Shown piece by piece: positions 1 to 10,158 of a stretch of DNA of 64,000 bases. Numbering within the stretch: position 1 is the stretch's first letter; each line of letters opens with the position of its first letter. Below the pieces are notes generated by a model that was not told the DNA's origin, searched no databases, and was given only the letters and a program-made list of their open reading frames with translations. The position numbers and the translations under genes were made by a program. This DNA is from Pseudonocardiaceae bacterium (GTDB lineage Bacteria > Actinomycetota > Actinomycetes > Mycobacteriales > Pseudonocardiaceae): the NCBI GenBank assembly GCA_036494005.1, contig DASXOV010000021.1, positions 3,947-67,946 of the forward strand. The letters run 5' to 3'.

Positions 1-1
1 G

Positions 2-271
2 GCCCAGTTGCTCACCGCGAACCCGGCGTCGTCAACGCTGGCGTTGTTCGCGGCACTGACCGCGCTCTCGATCGCTCTTGTCAGCCGCACTCCTGGGCAC
101 GCCGTGGCGGGCCTGCGGGTGGCCCGGCTGGACGGACGTCCCCCAGGCGCTGGTCCAGCGGTGATCCGCACCGTGCTGCTGTGCCTGCTGATCCCCCCGT
201 TGGTGTACGACGCCGATGGCCGCGGGCTGCATGACCGGGCGGCGGGCACCGTCGTGCTCCGGACGCGCTGA
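2..271 (+). CDS. RDD family membrane protein, C-terminal part (5' end outside window)
   Basis: The ORF is open to the window edge. It has hydrophobic segments and a C-terminal ...YDADGRGLHDRAAGTVVLR tail typical of RDD domain ends. It sits next to DUF4191/lipA, as Rv2219A does (from memory). Confidence 0.55.
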   Translation, partial: AQLLTANPASSTLALFAALTALSIALVSRTPGHAVAGLRVARLDGRPPGAGPAVIRTVLLCLLIPPLVYDADGRGLHDRAAGTVVLRTR

Positions 272-333
272 GCGCCGATCGCCTCAGTGCAGACCCTGTG
301 CAGGACCCGGTGCAGATCGCCTCGGTGCGGAAG

Positions 334-1113
334 TCAGCGCCGCCGGGCGGCCCGCTGTACGTTGCGCATCTTGGCGCCCTGCGGCATCGGGCCCTTGGGT
401 ATCGCGGCGCCCCGGGTGCTGAGGATCGTCAGCTTGCTCTCCAGGACGTCGATCTGGGCGGTGCTGATGTTGCGCGGCAATTTGGCCAGGTGCCGTTGCA
501 GTTTGGACAGCGGGACCTGGCCCTCTGCGTCGCCTACGGTGATGTCGTAGATCGGGGTCTGCCCGACCAGCCGGGACACCCGTTTCTTCTCCTGCGCCAG
601 CAGTGGCTTGAGTCGGTGCGTTGCCCCCTCCGCGACCAGCACCACGCCTGGCCGTCCGATGACCCGGTGCACGGCGTCGAGCTGGGTGGTGCCCGCCACG
701 GCCGGGGTCACCTTCCACCGGCCGCGCAGATTCTCCAGAGCCCAGGCCGCCGCACCCGGTTGCCCTTCGGCCTTGGTGAAGACGTTGCGCTGTACCCGAC
801 GCCCGAAGATCATGATCGCGGCGAGCACCCCCATGATGATCCCCAGCGGGAGCACCACCCATTCCTGCCCGAATAGCAGGCCCACCCCGAACACGAACGC
901 GGTGACCAGCAGAAATGCGCCGATCATCCACGGCAGCAGTGCCTTGTCCTCGCGGCGCTGGACCTTGAACGCCTCGATGATCTGCGTCCGGCGCTGCTTC
1001 GACGCAGCTCTGCGCTCCCGCTTCGCGGCCTTTGCCGCTTCCGGATCCTTCGTCTTGGAAGGCGCCTTCGCCGGGTTCTTCGTTGCGGCCTTGGGTGGAG
1101 GTTTCGCGGGCAT
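334..1113 (-). CDS. DUF4191-like conserved actinobacterial membrane protein (Rv2219-like)
   Basis: 259 aa with a Lys/Ala-rich N-terminus, two TM helices and a conserved soluble C-terminus. It holds the conserved position downstream of lipA. Confidence 0.7.
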   Translation of the reverse strand: MPAKPPPKAATKNPAKAPSKTKDPEAAKAAKRERRAASKQRRTQIIEAFKVQRREDKALLPWMIGAFLLVTAFVFGVGLLFGQEWVVLPLGIIMGVLAAIMIFGRRVQRNVFTKAEGQPGAAAWALENLRGRWKVTPAVAGTTQLDAVHRVIGRPGVVLVAEGATHRLKPLLAQEKKRVSRLVGQTPIYDITVGDAEGQVPLSKLQRHLAKLPRNISTAQIDVLESKLTILSTRGAAIPKGPMPQGAKMRNVQRAARRR

Positions 1114-1162
1114 GGCTCCAGGATACGGCCGATCGGGTAGCGGGTGAGGCCCGCCACGGCAG

Positions 1163-2194
1163 TCAGCGGGTCAGCAGGCTGGCGGCCTCCTGCGCGGCCG
1201 GTCCGGCCTCGGCCAGATGTGCGAGATGCTCGGGCACCTGGTCTCCACGGTGTGTCACAGCTTGCGCATAGAGCCGCCCCGCCCGGTAGGACGAGCGCAC
1301 CAGCGGCCCGGCCATCACCCCGGCGAAACCGATCCGCTCCCCGGCTCGTGCGTGCTCGACGAACTCTTCGGGCCGGACCCAGCGGGCCACCGGGTGGTGT
1401 CGCACCGAGGGCCGCAGGTACTGGGTGATGGTGAGGATGTCGCAGCCCGCGGCGTGCAGGTCGGTCATGGCGGCGGTCACCTCCTCGGGTTCCTCGCCCA
1501 TGCCCAGGATGAGGTTGGACTTGGTGACCAGGCCTGCCGCGCGGGCTCGGTGCAGCACCTCGAGCGAGCGCTCGTAGCGGAACGCGGGCCGGATCCGCTT
1601 GAAGATGCGGGGCACCGTCTCCAGGTTGTGCGCGAGCACCTGAGGTGCTGCGCCGAACACCTCGGCGAGCTGCTCGGAACGTCCGTTGAAGTCCGGGATG
1701 AGCAGCTCAACCCCGGTGCCGGGGTTCAGCGCATGGATCTGGCGCACGGTCTCGGCGTAGAGCCAGGCACCGCCGTCGGGCAGGTCGTCACGGGCCACGC
1801 CGGTGACCGTCGAGTAGCGCAGCCCCATCGCCTGCACCGACTCGGCGACCCGTCGCGGTTCGTCGCGATCCAGGTCAGCGGGCCTGCCGGTGTCGATCTG
1901 GCAGAAGTCGCAGCGGCGCGTGCACTGGTCGCCACCGATGAGGAAGGTCGCCTCGCGGTCCTCCCAGCACTCGTAGATGTTCGGGCAGCCCGCCGCCTCG
2001 CAGACGGTGTGCAGCCCCTCGCGGTGCACCAGTCCCTTCAGCTCGCGATACGCCGGGCCCATCGTCGCCCGGGTCCGGATCCAGGACGGCTTGCGCTCGA
2101 TGGGGGTCTGGCTGTTGCGGACCTCCAGACGCAGGAGCCTGCGGCCACCGGCATCGGATCCTTCATGTGCGGCTGTGCGGGGTGCGACGCTCAC
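1163..2194 (-). CDS. lipA: lipoyl synthase
   Basis: Radical-SAM motifs are present ([13 protein letters not shown] and [10 protein letters not shown]) and the protein is full-length collinear with LipA. The GTG start is uncertain. Confidence 0.95.
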   Translation of the reverse strand: MSVAPRTAAHEGSDAGGRRLLRLEVRNSQTPIERKPSWIRTRATMGPAYRELKGLVHREGLHTVCEAAGCPNIYECWEDREATFLIGGDQCTRRCDFCQIDTGRPADLDRDEPRRVAESVQAMGLRYSTVTGVARDDLPDGGAWLYAETVRQIHALNPGTGVELLIPDFNGRSEQLAEVFGAAPQVLAHNLETVPRIFKRIRPAFRYERSLEVLHRARAAGLVTKSNLILGMGEEPEEVTAAMTDLHAAGCDILTITQYLRPSVRHHPVARWVRPEEFVEHARAGERIGFAGVMAGPLVRSSYRAGRLYAQAVTHRGDQVPEHLAHLAEAGPAAQEAASLLTR

Positions 2195-2325
2195 CGGGCC
2201 GAGCCTACGCGGGATCCGGCGTCACACCGGTCGGCTCCGGTGCGCGACGCCTGCATCGCGCCGGAGCCGACCGCTGCCCCGGCCCGGCGGTCGCCAGCCG
2301 CGGCGGACGACTACGGTCGGTTCCC

Positions 2326-3273
2326 GTGGATCTGAGGATTTTCACCGAGCCGCAGCAGGGCGCCGGCTACGAGGACCTGCTACGGGTGGCCCGCCTCACC
2401 GAGGACGCGGGATTCGACGGGTTCTTCCGCTCCGATCACTATCTGCGGATCGATCGTGCCGGGATGGGCCCCGGTGACGGGTCACCCGGTCCCACCGACG
2501 CCTGGGCGACCCTGGCCGCGCTGGCCCGCGACACCTCCCGGATCCGGCTGGGCACCCTGCTGACATCGGCGACGTTCCGGCTGCCCGGCCCGCTCGCGGT
2601 CACCGTCGCCCAGGTGGATCAGATCTCGGGGGGCCGGGTCGACTTCGGCCTCGGGGCGGGCTGGTACGAGGCGGAGCACACCGCGTACGGCATCCCGTTC
2701 CCGCCCGTCGGTGAGCGGTTCGCCCGCCTCACCGAACAGCTCGAGATCATCACCGGCCTGTGGGCGACCCCACCGGGCGCGACCTTCGACTACGAGGGCG
2801 ACTATTACCGGTTCGTCGACAGCCCGGCGCTACCCAAGCCGGTGCAGTCGCCCATCCCGGTTCTGGTCGGTGGATTCGGGCCGCGGCGCACACCCGCACT
2901 GGCCGCCCGGTTCGCCGCCGAGTTCAACCAGCCCTTCCCGCCGGACCCGGACAGCGCGGTGACGCAGTTCGACCGGGTGGCCGCCGCCTGCACCCGGATC
3001 GGCCGGAATCCGCGAGAACTGATCCGGTCGGTGGCGCTGGTGTCCTGTGTAGGGCGCGACGACGACGAGGTGGCCCGGCGGGCCGCGGTGATCGGCCGCG
3101 ATCCTGACGAGTTGCGCCGCTGCGGCCTGGCGGGAACCCCGGCCGAGGTGGTGGACCGGATCGGGCAGTGGCGGGAGCGCACCGGTATCAGCCGGGTGTA
3201 TATGCAGGTACTCGACCTGCACGATCTCGACCACGTCGAGTTGATCGCCGAGGAGATCCGGCCCGTCCTGTGA
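2326..3273 (+). CDS. LLM class F420-dependent oxidoreductase
   Basis: The N-terminus VDLRIFTEPQQGAGYEDLLRVARLTEDAGFDGFFRSDHYL is typical of luciferase-like monooxygenase family F420 enzymes. The start was trimmed to GTG 2326 so it does not overlap lipA. Confidence 0.8.
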   Translation: MDLRIFTEPQQGAGYEDLLRVARLTEDAGFDGFFRSDHYLRIDRAGMGPGDGSPGPTDAWATLAALARDTSRIRLGTLLTSATFRLPGPLAVTVAQVDQISGGRVDFGLGAGWYEAEHTAYGIPFPPVGERFARLTEQLEIITGLWATPPGATFDYEGDYYRFVDSPALPKPVQSPIPVLVGGFGPRRTPALAARFAAEFNQPFPPDPDSAVTQFDRVAAACTRIGRNPRELIRSVALVSCVGRDDDEVARRAAVIGRDPDELRRCGLAGTPAEVVDRIGQWRERTGISRVYMQVLDLHDLDHVELIAEEIRPVL

Positions 3274-3292
3274 GGTGTGGGTGAGGTGTGGG
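3271..3292. repeat. 11-bp tandem duplication (tgaggtgtggg x2) including the LLM gene stop codon
   Basis: Read directly from the sequence in the 26-bp gap between the convergent LLM and lipB genes. Confidence 0.9.
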
Positions 3293-3299
3293 TGCCGAC

Positions 3300-4067
3300 T
3301 CAGGTGCCCGCGATGGCCGGGTCCAGGTGTACCTGCAGCCCCGGCCGGGCCGTCGGCTGCGCAGTAGTGCGGGGGAGTTCGCCGGAGTGCACCGGCAGCC
3401 TGCCCTCCAGCGCGTCGACGACGGCCGCGCACACCGCGGGCTGCACCTGCGCCACCGAGACCGGCCTGCCGAGCTCCGCGGTCAGCGAGGTCACCCCGGC
3501 ATCGGCGATGCCACAGGGCACGATCCGGTCGAATGCGGTGAGGTCAGGGCAGCAGTTCAAGGCGAATCCGTGCATGGTGACGCCGCGGCTGACCCGCACC
3601 CCGATCGCCGCGACCTTGCGTTCCGGGCGCCCGGTGGCGGGGTCGTCCGCCAGCCACACCCCGGAGCGACCGGAGATCCGGCCGGTCGGCAGGCCCAGCC
3701 CGGTCGTCACGTCGATCAGCGCCTGTTCCAGCCGTCGCACGTAGTCGACGACATCGATCGGGTCCGCCAGCCCGATCAGCGGGTATCCGACGAGCTGGCC
3801 CGGTCCGTGCCAGGTGATCTTCCCGCCCCGGTCCACATCGATCACCGGGGTGCCGTCGGTGGGTCGCTCGTGCGCACTCGTCCGCCGCCCGGCGGTGTAC
3901 ACCGAGTGGTGCTCCAGCAGCAGCAGTACATCGTGTCCGGTGCCCTCCGCGCGGGCCGCCGCCAGCGTGCGCTGCAGTTCCCAGGCTTCGGTGTAGTCGA
4001 TGGTGCCCAGGTGGTGGACCTCAACAGGTGTCGTGGCGGCGCGACAGGACGCGTTAGCGTTGCTCAC
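3300..4067 (-). CDS. lipB: lipoyl(octanoyl) transferase
   Basis: LipB hallmarks are present: [32 protein letters not shown] and the Cys in IVPCGI. GTG start. Confidence 0.9.
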   Translation of the reverse strand: MSNANASCRAATTPVEVHHLGTIDYTEAWELQRTLAAARAEGTGHDVLLLLEHHSVYTAGRRTSAHERPTDGTPVIDVDRGGKITWHGPGQLVGYPLIGLADPIDVVDYVRRLEQALIDVTTGLGLPTGRISGRSGVWLADDPATGRPERKVAAIGVRVSRGVTMHGFALNCCPDLTAFDRIVPCGIADAGVTSLTAELGRPVSVAQVQPAVCAAVVDALEGRLPVHSGELPRTTAQPTARPGLQVHLDPAIAGT

Positions 4068-4077
4068 TCATGGCAGG

Positions 4078-5328
4078 CTACGCGGCCTCGGCGGCCACGC
4101 CGAGTTCGGTGAGCACCGCCCTGGCCGCGCGCCTGCCACTGACCAGCGCACCCTGGATCGACGGAGTGGCCCGGTGGTCGCCGGTCACGAAAAGGCCGTC
4201 GCCGAGTGCGGTGCCCCGCCGCAGCCGGTCCGGCGTCGGCGGGGTGAACGAGCACAGTGCCTGCGCCACCACGGCGGTACCCACGTGCTCCCAGCACCTC
4301 GGGTCGGCTCGGTAGACCGCGCCGGCCATCCGCCGGACCTCGGGCTCCCCGGCCGCACCGGCTTCCGGGGTGCCCAGCACGGTCGACGAGATCAGGTGCC
4401 GGTGGTCGGGGGAGTAGGACGGTGCGACGGAGGTCAGCACGCTGGTGTTCACCAGCGCCCCGCCGGTGCCGTCCAGATGGATCAGCGGCAGCCGGCTGGG
4501 TGGCTGATCACAGACGTGGTAGTAGGTGGTCAACCCCCGCATCAGCGGAACGTCCAGCCCCGGCAGCAGGGCGCGGGCCGCTGGAGGATCAGTGGCCACC
4601 ACCACCGCACGTGCGGTGATCTCGCCGTCCGCGGTCCTGATCCGGCCCGGTGCGATGCCGAGCACCGACCGCCCGCAGCGCACCGTCCCGGGGGCCAGCC
4701 GTGCGGCGATCTGGATCGGCAGCGCCGCCATACCGCGCGAGGGCAGTGTGGCGGCACCTCTGGCCAGGCTGCGCCACACCAGCATGAAGTAACGGGCCGA
4801 CGTCTCCAGGTCCCGTTCGCCGAATATCCCGGCCAGCAGTGGACGCAGGAACTGTTCGGTGGCCGGCCCGTCCAGACCTGCGCCGCGCAGATAGGCGGCG
4901 GTGCTGCGATCGGCCCCCGCGAGCAGCCGCCGCAGGTCGCCCAGCCCCGTACGCGCCGACAGTCGCAGTACGGCCAGCTTGGCGGCCGGGGAGAGCAGCG
5001 TGTCCAGCGCGGTGCGCCGGGCCTGACCCGGCACGCGTCGCGGATCGAACAGCCGGTGCAGCGCCCCGTCGGTGCCCCGGATCGCGACCCCGGGGACGAA
5101 CGCGCGTAGGTCCAGCGCCGCCAGGTCCAGCTCCCGGCGCAGCGCCGGGTAACTGGTGTTGATCACCTGGAAGCCGCGGTCGAGCAGAAAGCCGTCGACG
5201 GTGTCGGTCGCCACCCGGCCGCCGATCACGGGCCCCGCCTCCAGCACGGTGACCTCCAACCCGGCGCGCTGCAGGTGGCGGGCGGTCGTGAGCCCGGCCA
5301 GGCCCGCCCCAACGACGACAGCGTCCAT
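4078..5328 (-). CDS. NAD(P)/FAD-dependent oxidoreductase (amine oxidase / desaturase-like fold)
   Basis: N-terminal dinucleotide motif VVVGAGLAGLTTA...LEAGPVIGGR, 416 aa. Confidence 0.75.
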   Translation of the reverse strand: MDAVVVGAGLAGLTTARHLQRAGLEVTVLEAGPVIGGRVATDTVDGFLLDRGFQVINTSYPALRRELDLAALDLRAFVPGVAIRGTDGALHRLFDPRRVPGQARRTALDTLLSPAAKLAVLRLSARTGLGDLRRLLAGADRSTAAYLRGAGLDGPATEQFLRPLLAGIFGERDLETSARYFMLVWRSLARGAATLPSRGMAALPIQIAARLAPGTVRCGRSVLGIAPGRIRTADGEITARAVVVATDPPAARALLPGLDVPLMRGLTTYYHVCDQPPSRLPLIHLDGTGGALVNTSVLTSVAPSYSPDHRHLISSTVLGTPEAGAAGEPEVRRMAGAVYRADPRCWEHVGTAVVAQALCSFTPPTPDRLRRGTALGDGLFVTGDHRATPSIQGALVSGRRAARAVLTELGVAAEAA

Positions 5329-5331
5329 TGC

Positions 5332-6222
5332 CTACTCCAGTGCGGCGGCCAGCGCCGCCGCAACGGTGGCGTGCTGGAACGGATAACCCTGCTTGGACAG
5401 CACCCCTGGCACCGCACGTTGCCCGGTCAGCGCCATCTCGTCGACGAGTTCGGAGCCGAGGGCCAGGCGCATGGCGAAGCCGGGTACGGCAAGCAGGGTA
5501 GGACGGTGCATCGCCTCGCCGACAGCCCGGGTGAACTCTGCGTTGGTCACCGGGTCCGGGCCGCTGAGGTTGACCGGTCCGGACACCGCGTCGTTCTCCA
5601 GGACGAAGCGGATGGCGCCCACCTCGTCGTCGAGCGATATCCACGGCATGTACTGCCGCCCGCTACCCAGACGTCCGCCCAGCCCGAGCGCGAACAGCGG
5701 CTTGAGCTGGCCCATCACACCGCCGGACGGGGAGATCACCAGGCCGGTGCGCAACCGCACGACCCGCGCCCCGGCCTGTTCGGCGGGCAGGGTCGCGGCC
5801 TCCCATTCGCGGCAGACCTCGGCGAGGAACCCGGAGCCCACGGGGGAGTGCTCGTCGACCTCGTGGTCGCCGGTGTCGCCGTAGTAGCCGACCCCGGAGG
5901 CGTTGACCAGGACCGGCACGTGATGTTCGGCCACCGCCGCCGCGAGCACCTCGGTGGGACCGATCCGGCTGTCCCGGATGGTCTGCTTGTGCTCACCGGA
6001 CCAGCGCCGACCCGCCAACGGTGAGCCGCCCAGGTTCACCACGGCATCCGCGCCCGCAACGGCGTCGGAGTCCATCGTCCCCGCTTCGGGATCCCAGCGG
6101 CGCTCGTCCGGCGCGGACGGGCGCCGCCGGACGAGGCGTAGCACCTCGTGGTCGGCCTGGCGCAGCAGCGACACCAGTGCCGTACCGATCAGACCTGTCG
6201 ACCCCGCCACCACGACACGCAT
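5332..6222 (-). CDS. TIGR01777-type NAD-dependent epimerase family protein (Rv2216-like)
   Basis: N-terminal VVVAGSTGLIGTAL Rossmann motif, a DUF1731-like C-terminus, and the conserved position next to sucB. Confidence 0.8.
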   Translation of the reverse strand: MRVVVAGSTGLIGTALVSLLRQADHEVLRLVRRRPSAPDERRWDPEAGTMDSDAVAGADAVVNLGGSPLAGRRWSGEHKQTIRDSRIGPTEVLAAAVAEHHVPVLVNASGVGYYGDTGDHEVDEHSPVGSGFLAEVCREWEAATLPAEQAGARVVRLRTGLVISPSGGVMGQLKPLFALGLGGRLGSGRQYMPWISLDDEVGAIRFVLENDAVSGPVNLSGPDPVTNAEFTRAVGEAMHRPTLLAVPGFAMRLALGSELVDEMALTGQRAVPGVLSKQGYPFQHATVAAALAAALE

Positions 6223-6271
6223 GCGGGAAATCCTGTCGGGTCATCGCCCTACGCGCGACCCGGATGTCGAG

Positions 6272-8119
6272 TCAAAGTCCGAGATCGGCCTCGAATGCGG
6301 CGTCGGTGAGGCGTTGTTTGAGGGTGCTGAGGAACCGGGCAGCGTCGGCGCCGTCCACCAGCCGGTGGTCGTAGGACAACGCGAGGTAGATCACCGAACG
6401 GATCGCGATGGTGTCCCCGTCCGCGCCGGACAGCACCGAGGGGCGCTTCACCACACTGCCGGTACCGAGGATCCCCACCTGCGGCTGAAGGATGATCGGG
6501 GTGTCGAAGAGCGCCCCACGGGAGCCGGTGTTGCTGATCGTGAAGGTCCCGCCGCTCATCTCGTCCGGGGTGATCTTGTTCGACCTGGTCCGCTCGGCGA
6601 GGTCGGCGATCCGGCGGGCCAGACCGGCGATGTTCAGATCGCCCGCGTCGTGGATCACAGGTACCAGCAATCCGCGATCGGTGTCGACCGCGATACCCAG
6701 ATGCTCAGCGCCGTGGTAGGTGACCTCGCCCTTGTCGGTGTCGATCGAGGCGTTCACCTTCGGATGCTGCTTGAGCGCCTCGACCGTGGCCTTGGCGAAG
6801 AACGGCAGGAACGACAGCTTGACGCCTTCCCTGGCCTCGAAGGCATGCTTCGCCCGATCGCGCAGCGCCGCCAGATGGGTGATGTCGGCTTCCACCACCG
6901 TGGTCAGCTGCGCGGAGATCTGCAGCGACTCCACCATCCGCTTGGCGATCACGCTCCGCATCCGGGACAGCTTCTCGGTTGTTCCCCGCAGTTCGGACAC
7001 GGCGGACGCCGGCTGGGCGGTGCGCTGCGGTGACGCGGGGGCGGGTGCGGGGGCAGCGGATGCCGAGGCCGGCGGCTGGGCGGGCTCGGGTTCTGGCTCC
7101 GGCCGTTGGACGGCAGCGAGTACGTCCTGTTTGCGGATCCGTCCGCCGACGCCGGTTCCCTGCACGCTGGACAGGTCGACGTCGTGCTCCGCGGCGAGTT
7201 TGCGTACCAGTGGTGTCACGTACGGCGCGCCGCCTGCTCCGTCGTTCTCAGCGGTGGGAGCGGGGCCGGAGGAGCGCCGATCCGCCGCCGGGGCGGGTTG
7301 CTGGGGTGGCTCGGGTTGCTGGGGTGGCTCGGACTGCTGGGGTGGCTCGGACTGCTGGGGTGGCTCGGCTTCGGCGGATTTCTCGCTCTGCTGCTGTGCG
7401 GCCGGTGGCCGGGCGCCGCTCGCCCCGACCGTGCCCAGCGCTGTGCCGACGTCGACGGTCTCGTCCTCGTTGACGAGGATCTCCAGCACAGTGCCCGACA
7501 CGGGGGAGGGGATCTCGGTGTCGACCTTGTCGGTCGACACCTCCAAGAGCGGCTCGTCGGCCCGCACCGTGTCACCGACCTGCTTGAGCCACCTGGTCAC
7601 GGTGCCCTCGCTGACGCTCTCGCCGAGAGCGGGCATCTGTACCGGCGTTCCTTGGCCGGTCGGCTCGTCGGTGGATCCTCCGGACGAACCGGCGGCACTG
7701 TCCGATTGGGACGAACCGGCGGACGAACCGTTGCCGGACTGTGTCGGCTGCGTGGCCTGCGGCCGCTCCCGCTGGGTCGCGACGGCATCGCGGGTCGGCT
7801 GTGGCTCGGACATCTGCTGTTGTTGCGCGGCGACGGCCTCCGGCAGTTGCCAGCCGGAACTGGCGCGGGAATCGCGCTGCCCGGCCTCGCCGATCACAGC
7901 GAGTTGGGCTCCCACCTCGACCGTCTCGTCCTCGGCCACCACGATCCGTTGCAACACGCCGGCCGCAGGCGAGGGGATCTCGGTGTCGACCTTGTCGGTG
8001 GACACCTCGACCAAGGGCTCATCCACCTCGACGGGGTCGCCCTCCCGCTTGAGCCAGCGCGTCACCGTTCCCTCGGTGACGCTCTCGCCGAGCGCAGGCA
8101 TCTCCACGGAGTACGCCAT
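6272..8119 (-). CDS. sucB: 2-oxoacid dehydrogenase E2, dihydrolipoamide acyl(succinyl)transferase with two lipoyl domains
   Basis: Two lipoyl domains ([13 protein letters not shown]...EVSTDKVD twice), a PSBD ([18 protein letters not shown]) and a catalytic domain with the SYDHRLVDG motif. ATG 8119 is preceded by GAGGAG; the longer track ORF was trimmed. Confidence 0.9.
   Translation of the reverse strand: MAYSVEMPALGESVTEGTVTRWLKREGDPVEVDEPLVEVSTDKVDTEIPSPAAGVLQRIVVAEDETVEVGAQLAVIGEAGQRDSRASSGWQLPEAVAAQQQQMSEPQPTRDAVATQRERPQATQPTQSGNGSSAGSSQSDSAAGSSGGSTDEPTGQGTPVQMPALGESVSEGTVTRWLKQVGDTVRADEPLLEVSTDKVDTEIPSPVSGTVLEILVNEDETVDVGTALGTVGASGARPPAAQQQSEKSAEAEPPQQSEPPQQSEPPQQPEPPQQPAPAADRRSSGPAPTAENDGAGGAPYVTPLVRKLAAEHDVDLSSVQGTGVGGRIRKQDVLAAVQRPEPEPEPAQPPASASAAPAPAPASPQRTAQPASAVSELRGTTEKLSRMRSVIAKRMVESLQISAQLTTVVEADITHLAALRDRAKHAFEAREGVKLSFLPFFAKATVEALKQHPKVNASIDTDKGEVTYHGAEHLGIAVDTDRGLLVPVIHDAGDLNIAGLARRIADLAERTRSNKITPDEMSGGTFTISNTGSRGALFDTPIILQPQVGILGTGSVVKRPSVLSGADGDTIAIRSVIYLALSYDHRLVDGADAARFLSTLKQRLTDAAFEADLGL
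7298..7369. repeat. 18-nt tandem repeat x4 encoding (E-P-P-Q-Q-S/P)4 in the E2 inter-domain linker
   Basis: Four consecutive near-identical units ([t/c]tgctggggtggctcgg[g/a/c]) read directly; they are in frame within sucB. Confidence 0.9.
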
Positions 8120-8168
8120 CTGTTGCCTCGACTCCTCGTCCTTCGTGCGGTCCAGTGGGAATCGTCGC

Positions 8169-9554
8169 TCAGCCGTGCGCGTGCAGCGGCTTGCCGGCCA
8201 GGGCGAGATGCGCCTCGCCGAGTGCCTCGTTCTGGGTCGGGTGCGCATGCACCAGTGCGGCGACGTCTTCCGGGTAGGCTTCCCAATTGAAGATCAACTG
8301 CGCCTCGCCGATGAGCTCGCCCACCCGGTCACCCACCATGTGCAGCCCGACCACCGGGCCGTCCTTGGCCCGCACCAGCTTGATCCCGCCCCTGGTCTGC
8401 AGGATCACACTCTTGCCGTTGCCCGCCAGGTCGTAAGTGATCGTCTCGACCTCGGAGTAGCGATCCTTGGCCTGAGCTTCGGTGAGCCCGACCGAGGCCA
8501 CCTGCGGCTCGCAGTAGGTCACCCGCGGAATACCGTCCTCGTCGATCGGGCTCGGGTTCAATCCGGCGAAATCCTCGGCGAGGAAGATGCCCTGGGCGAA
8601 CCCGCGGTGCGCGAGTTGCAGCCCCGCGACGATGTCGCCCAACGCGTACACCCCCGCCACGTTGGTACGCAGTCGTTCGTCAGTGAGCACGAATCCGCGC
8701 TCCATCCGGATGCCGGCTTCCTCGTAGCCCGCGTCGGCGGTGTTCGGCCCGCGGCCGACCGCCACCAGCAGCAGGTCGGCGTCGAGCTGTTCCCCGGACT
8801 CGAGGTTGACGGTGACCCCCGAATCGGACTGCTGTGCCCCGGTGAACTTCATCCCGGTCTTGAAGGTGATACCGCGGCGGCGGAAGGCTCGTTCCAGTTG
8901 CTTCGAGGAGAAGTCGTCCTCGGCCGGGACGAGCCGGGGCAGTGCCTCGACGACGGTCACCTCTGCGCCGAAGGAGCGCCACACACTGGCGAACTCGACT
9001 CCGATCACACCGCCGCCGAGCACGACGACCCGCTCCGGCACGTAATCCAGGTTCAGCGCCTGGTCACTGGTGATGACGCGGCCGCCGATGTCCAGGCCCG
9101 GCAGCGATTTCGCGTAGGAACCGGTGGCCAGTACGACGGCCCGCCCGACGTAGCGCCGGCCGTCGACCTCGACGGCGTCGGGTGTGACCAGCCGACCGCT
9201 GCCCTCGACATAGGTGATCCCCCGGGACGACACCAGTCCTTGCAGGCCCTTGTACATCCGTGCGACGACGCCGTCCTTGTATTTGTTCACCCCGCCCATG
9301 TCGACGCCTTCGAGTGCGGTCTTCACTCCGAACTGGTGACCCTCGCGGGCGGCGTCGGCCACTTCGGCGGAGTGCAGCAGCGCCTTGGTCGGGATGCAAC
9401 CCCGGTGCAGGCACGTGCCGCCCAGCTTGTCCTTCTCCACCAGGACGACGGACAGGCCCAGCTGCGCCGCGCGCAGGGCGCAGGCGTAACCGCCCGAACC
9501 GCCACCGAGAATCACGAGGTCAGCAGACGTGGCGGTTGCTGAGCTGTCGGTCAC
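8169..9554 (-). CDS. lpdA: dihydrolipoyl dehydrogenase (E3)
   Basis: [14 protein letters not shown] motif and the redox disulfide [16 protein letters not shown] 9554 is preceded by GAGGAG; the track start is a TTG 15 nt upstream. Confidence 0.9.
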   Translation of the reverse strand: MTDSSATATSADLVILGGGSGGYACALRAAQLGLSVVLVEKDKLGGTCLHRGCIPTKALLHSAEVADAAREGHQFGVKTALEGVDMGGVNKYKDGVVARMYKGLQGLVSSRGITYVEGSGRLVTPDAVEVDGRRYVGRAVVLATGSYAKSLPGLDIGGRVITSDQALNLDYVPERVVVLGGGVIGVEFASVWRSFGAEVTVVEALPRLVPAEDDFSSKQLERAFRRRGITFKTGMKFTGAQQSDSGVTVNLESGEQLDADLLLVAVGRGPNTADAGYEEAGIRMERGFVLTDERLRTNVAGVYALGDIVAGLQLAHRGFAQGIFLAEDFAGLNPSPIDEDGIPRVTYCEPQVASVGLTEAQAKDRYSEVETITYDLAGNGKSVILQTRGGIKLVRAKDGPVVGLHMVGDRVGELIGEAQLIFNWEAYPEDVAALVHAHPTQNEALGEAHLALAGKPLHAHG

Positions 9555-9760
9555 TGAGAAACTCCTCAACCAGATGTCGGTACCTTGGCACTGCCGTCGT
9601 AGGCGAGCACCACAGCCATCTTGTCACCACGCCCCGTGCCTGTGCGACGAGGGCGCGGCGGTGGTGGTGGTCGGTCAGCGGCGCCCAGAAAGGCGCCCGA
9701 ACGGGTGCGTTGAGCTGGCAGGATGGCCGGAAGATCCGGCGAAGGCGAGGAGGTGCCGGG

Positions 9761-10108
9761 GTGGGACTTTTCGATCGGCTCCTGCGTCGCGAGCGGCCTG
9801 GAATGAGGCGCACGGCGTCCACTGCGGACATCGACCATCTCCAACGGTGGGCGGCCGCCCGCCACGGGGTGGAGGCCTTCGTCGAGCCCCGCACCACGGT
9901 CACCGAGACCACGGTGGTGCTGGTTGCACACGACGGTGAGTGGACCCGCCGCAGGGTGGACAGTGGCGCCGGAGCCCAGCGGCTCGGCAAGCGCCTGGGG
10001 ATCCCGGTCTACGACGTCGCCAAGATCGGGTATCCGCAGCGGATGCGGGACTACACCGCTCGCCAGCGCATCCTGCGGGAGCGCGGCCAGGGCGCGGACA
10101 GCCCCTGA
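9761..10108 (+). CDS. conserved hypothetical protein (115 aa)
   Basis: GTG is preceded by GGAGG, and the codon usage looks like that of its neighbours. I recognise no family. Confidence 0.5.
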   Translation: MGLFDRLLRRERPGMRRTASTADIDHLQRWAAARHGVEAFVEPRTTVTETTVVLVAHDGEWTRRRVDSGAGAQRLGKRLGIPVYDVAKIGYPQRMRDYTARQRILRERGQGADSP

Positions 10109-10158
10109 CCCGATCGGCGCCCGGCCCGCCTGGCGCCTGGTCCGACCGAGGTGCCGGA

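Noticed and set aside
6720-9542. A 940-aa plus-strand ORF antisense to sucB and lpdA. Similar very long antisense or out-of-frame ORFs occur at 9940..11700, 13733..15850, 20313..21581, 30818..32803, 44774..45982, 46413..47639, 50929..52392 and 56968..58056.
   Set aside because: This is typical stop-codon paucity in high-GC DNA. The translations are Arg/Pro/Gly/Ala-rich and low complexity with no family hallmarks. In each case the opposite strand or another frame encodes a strongly recognisable conserved protein.
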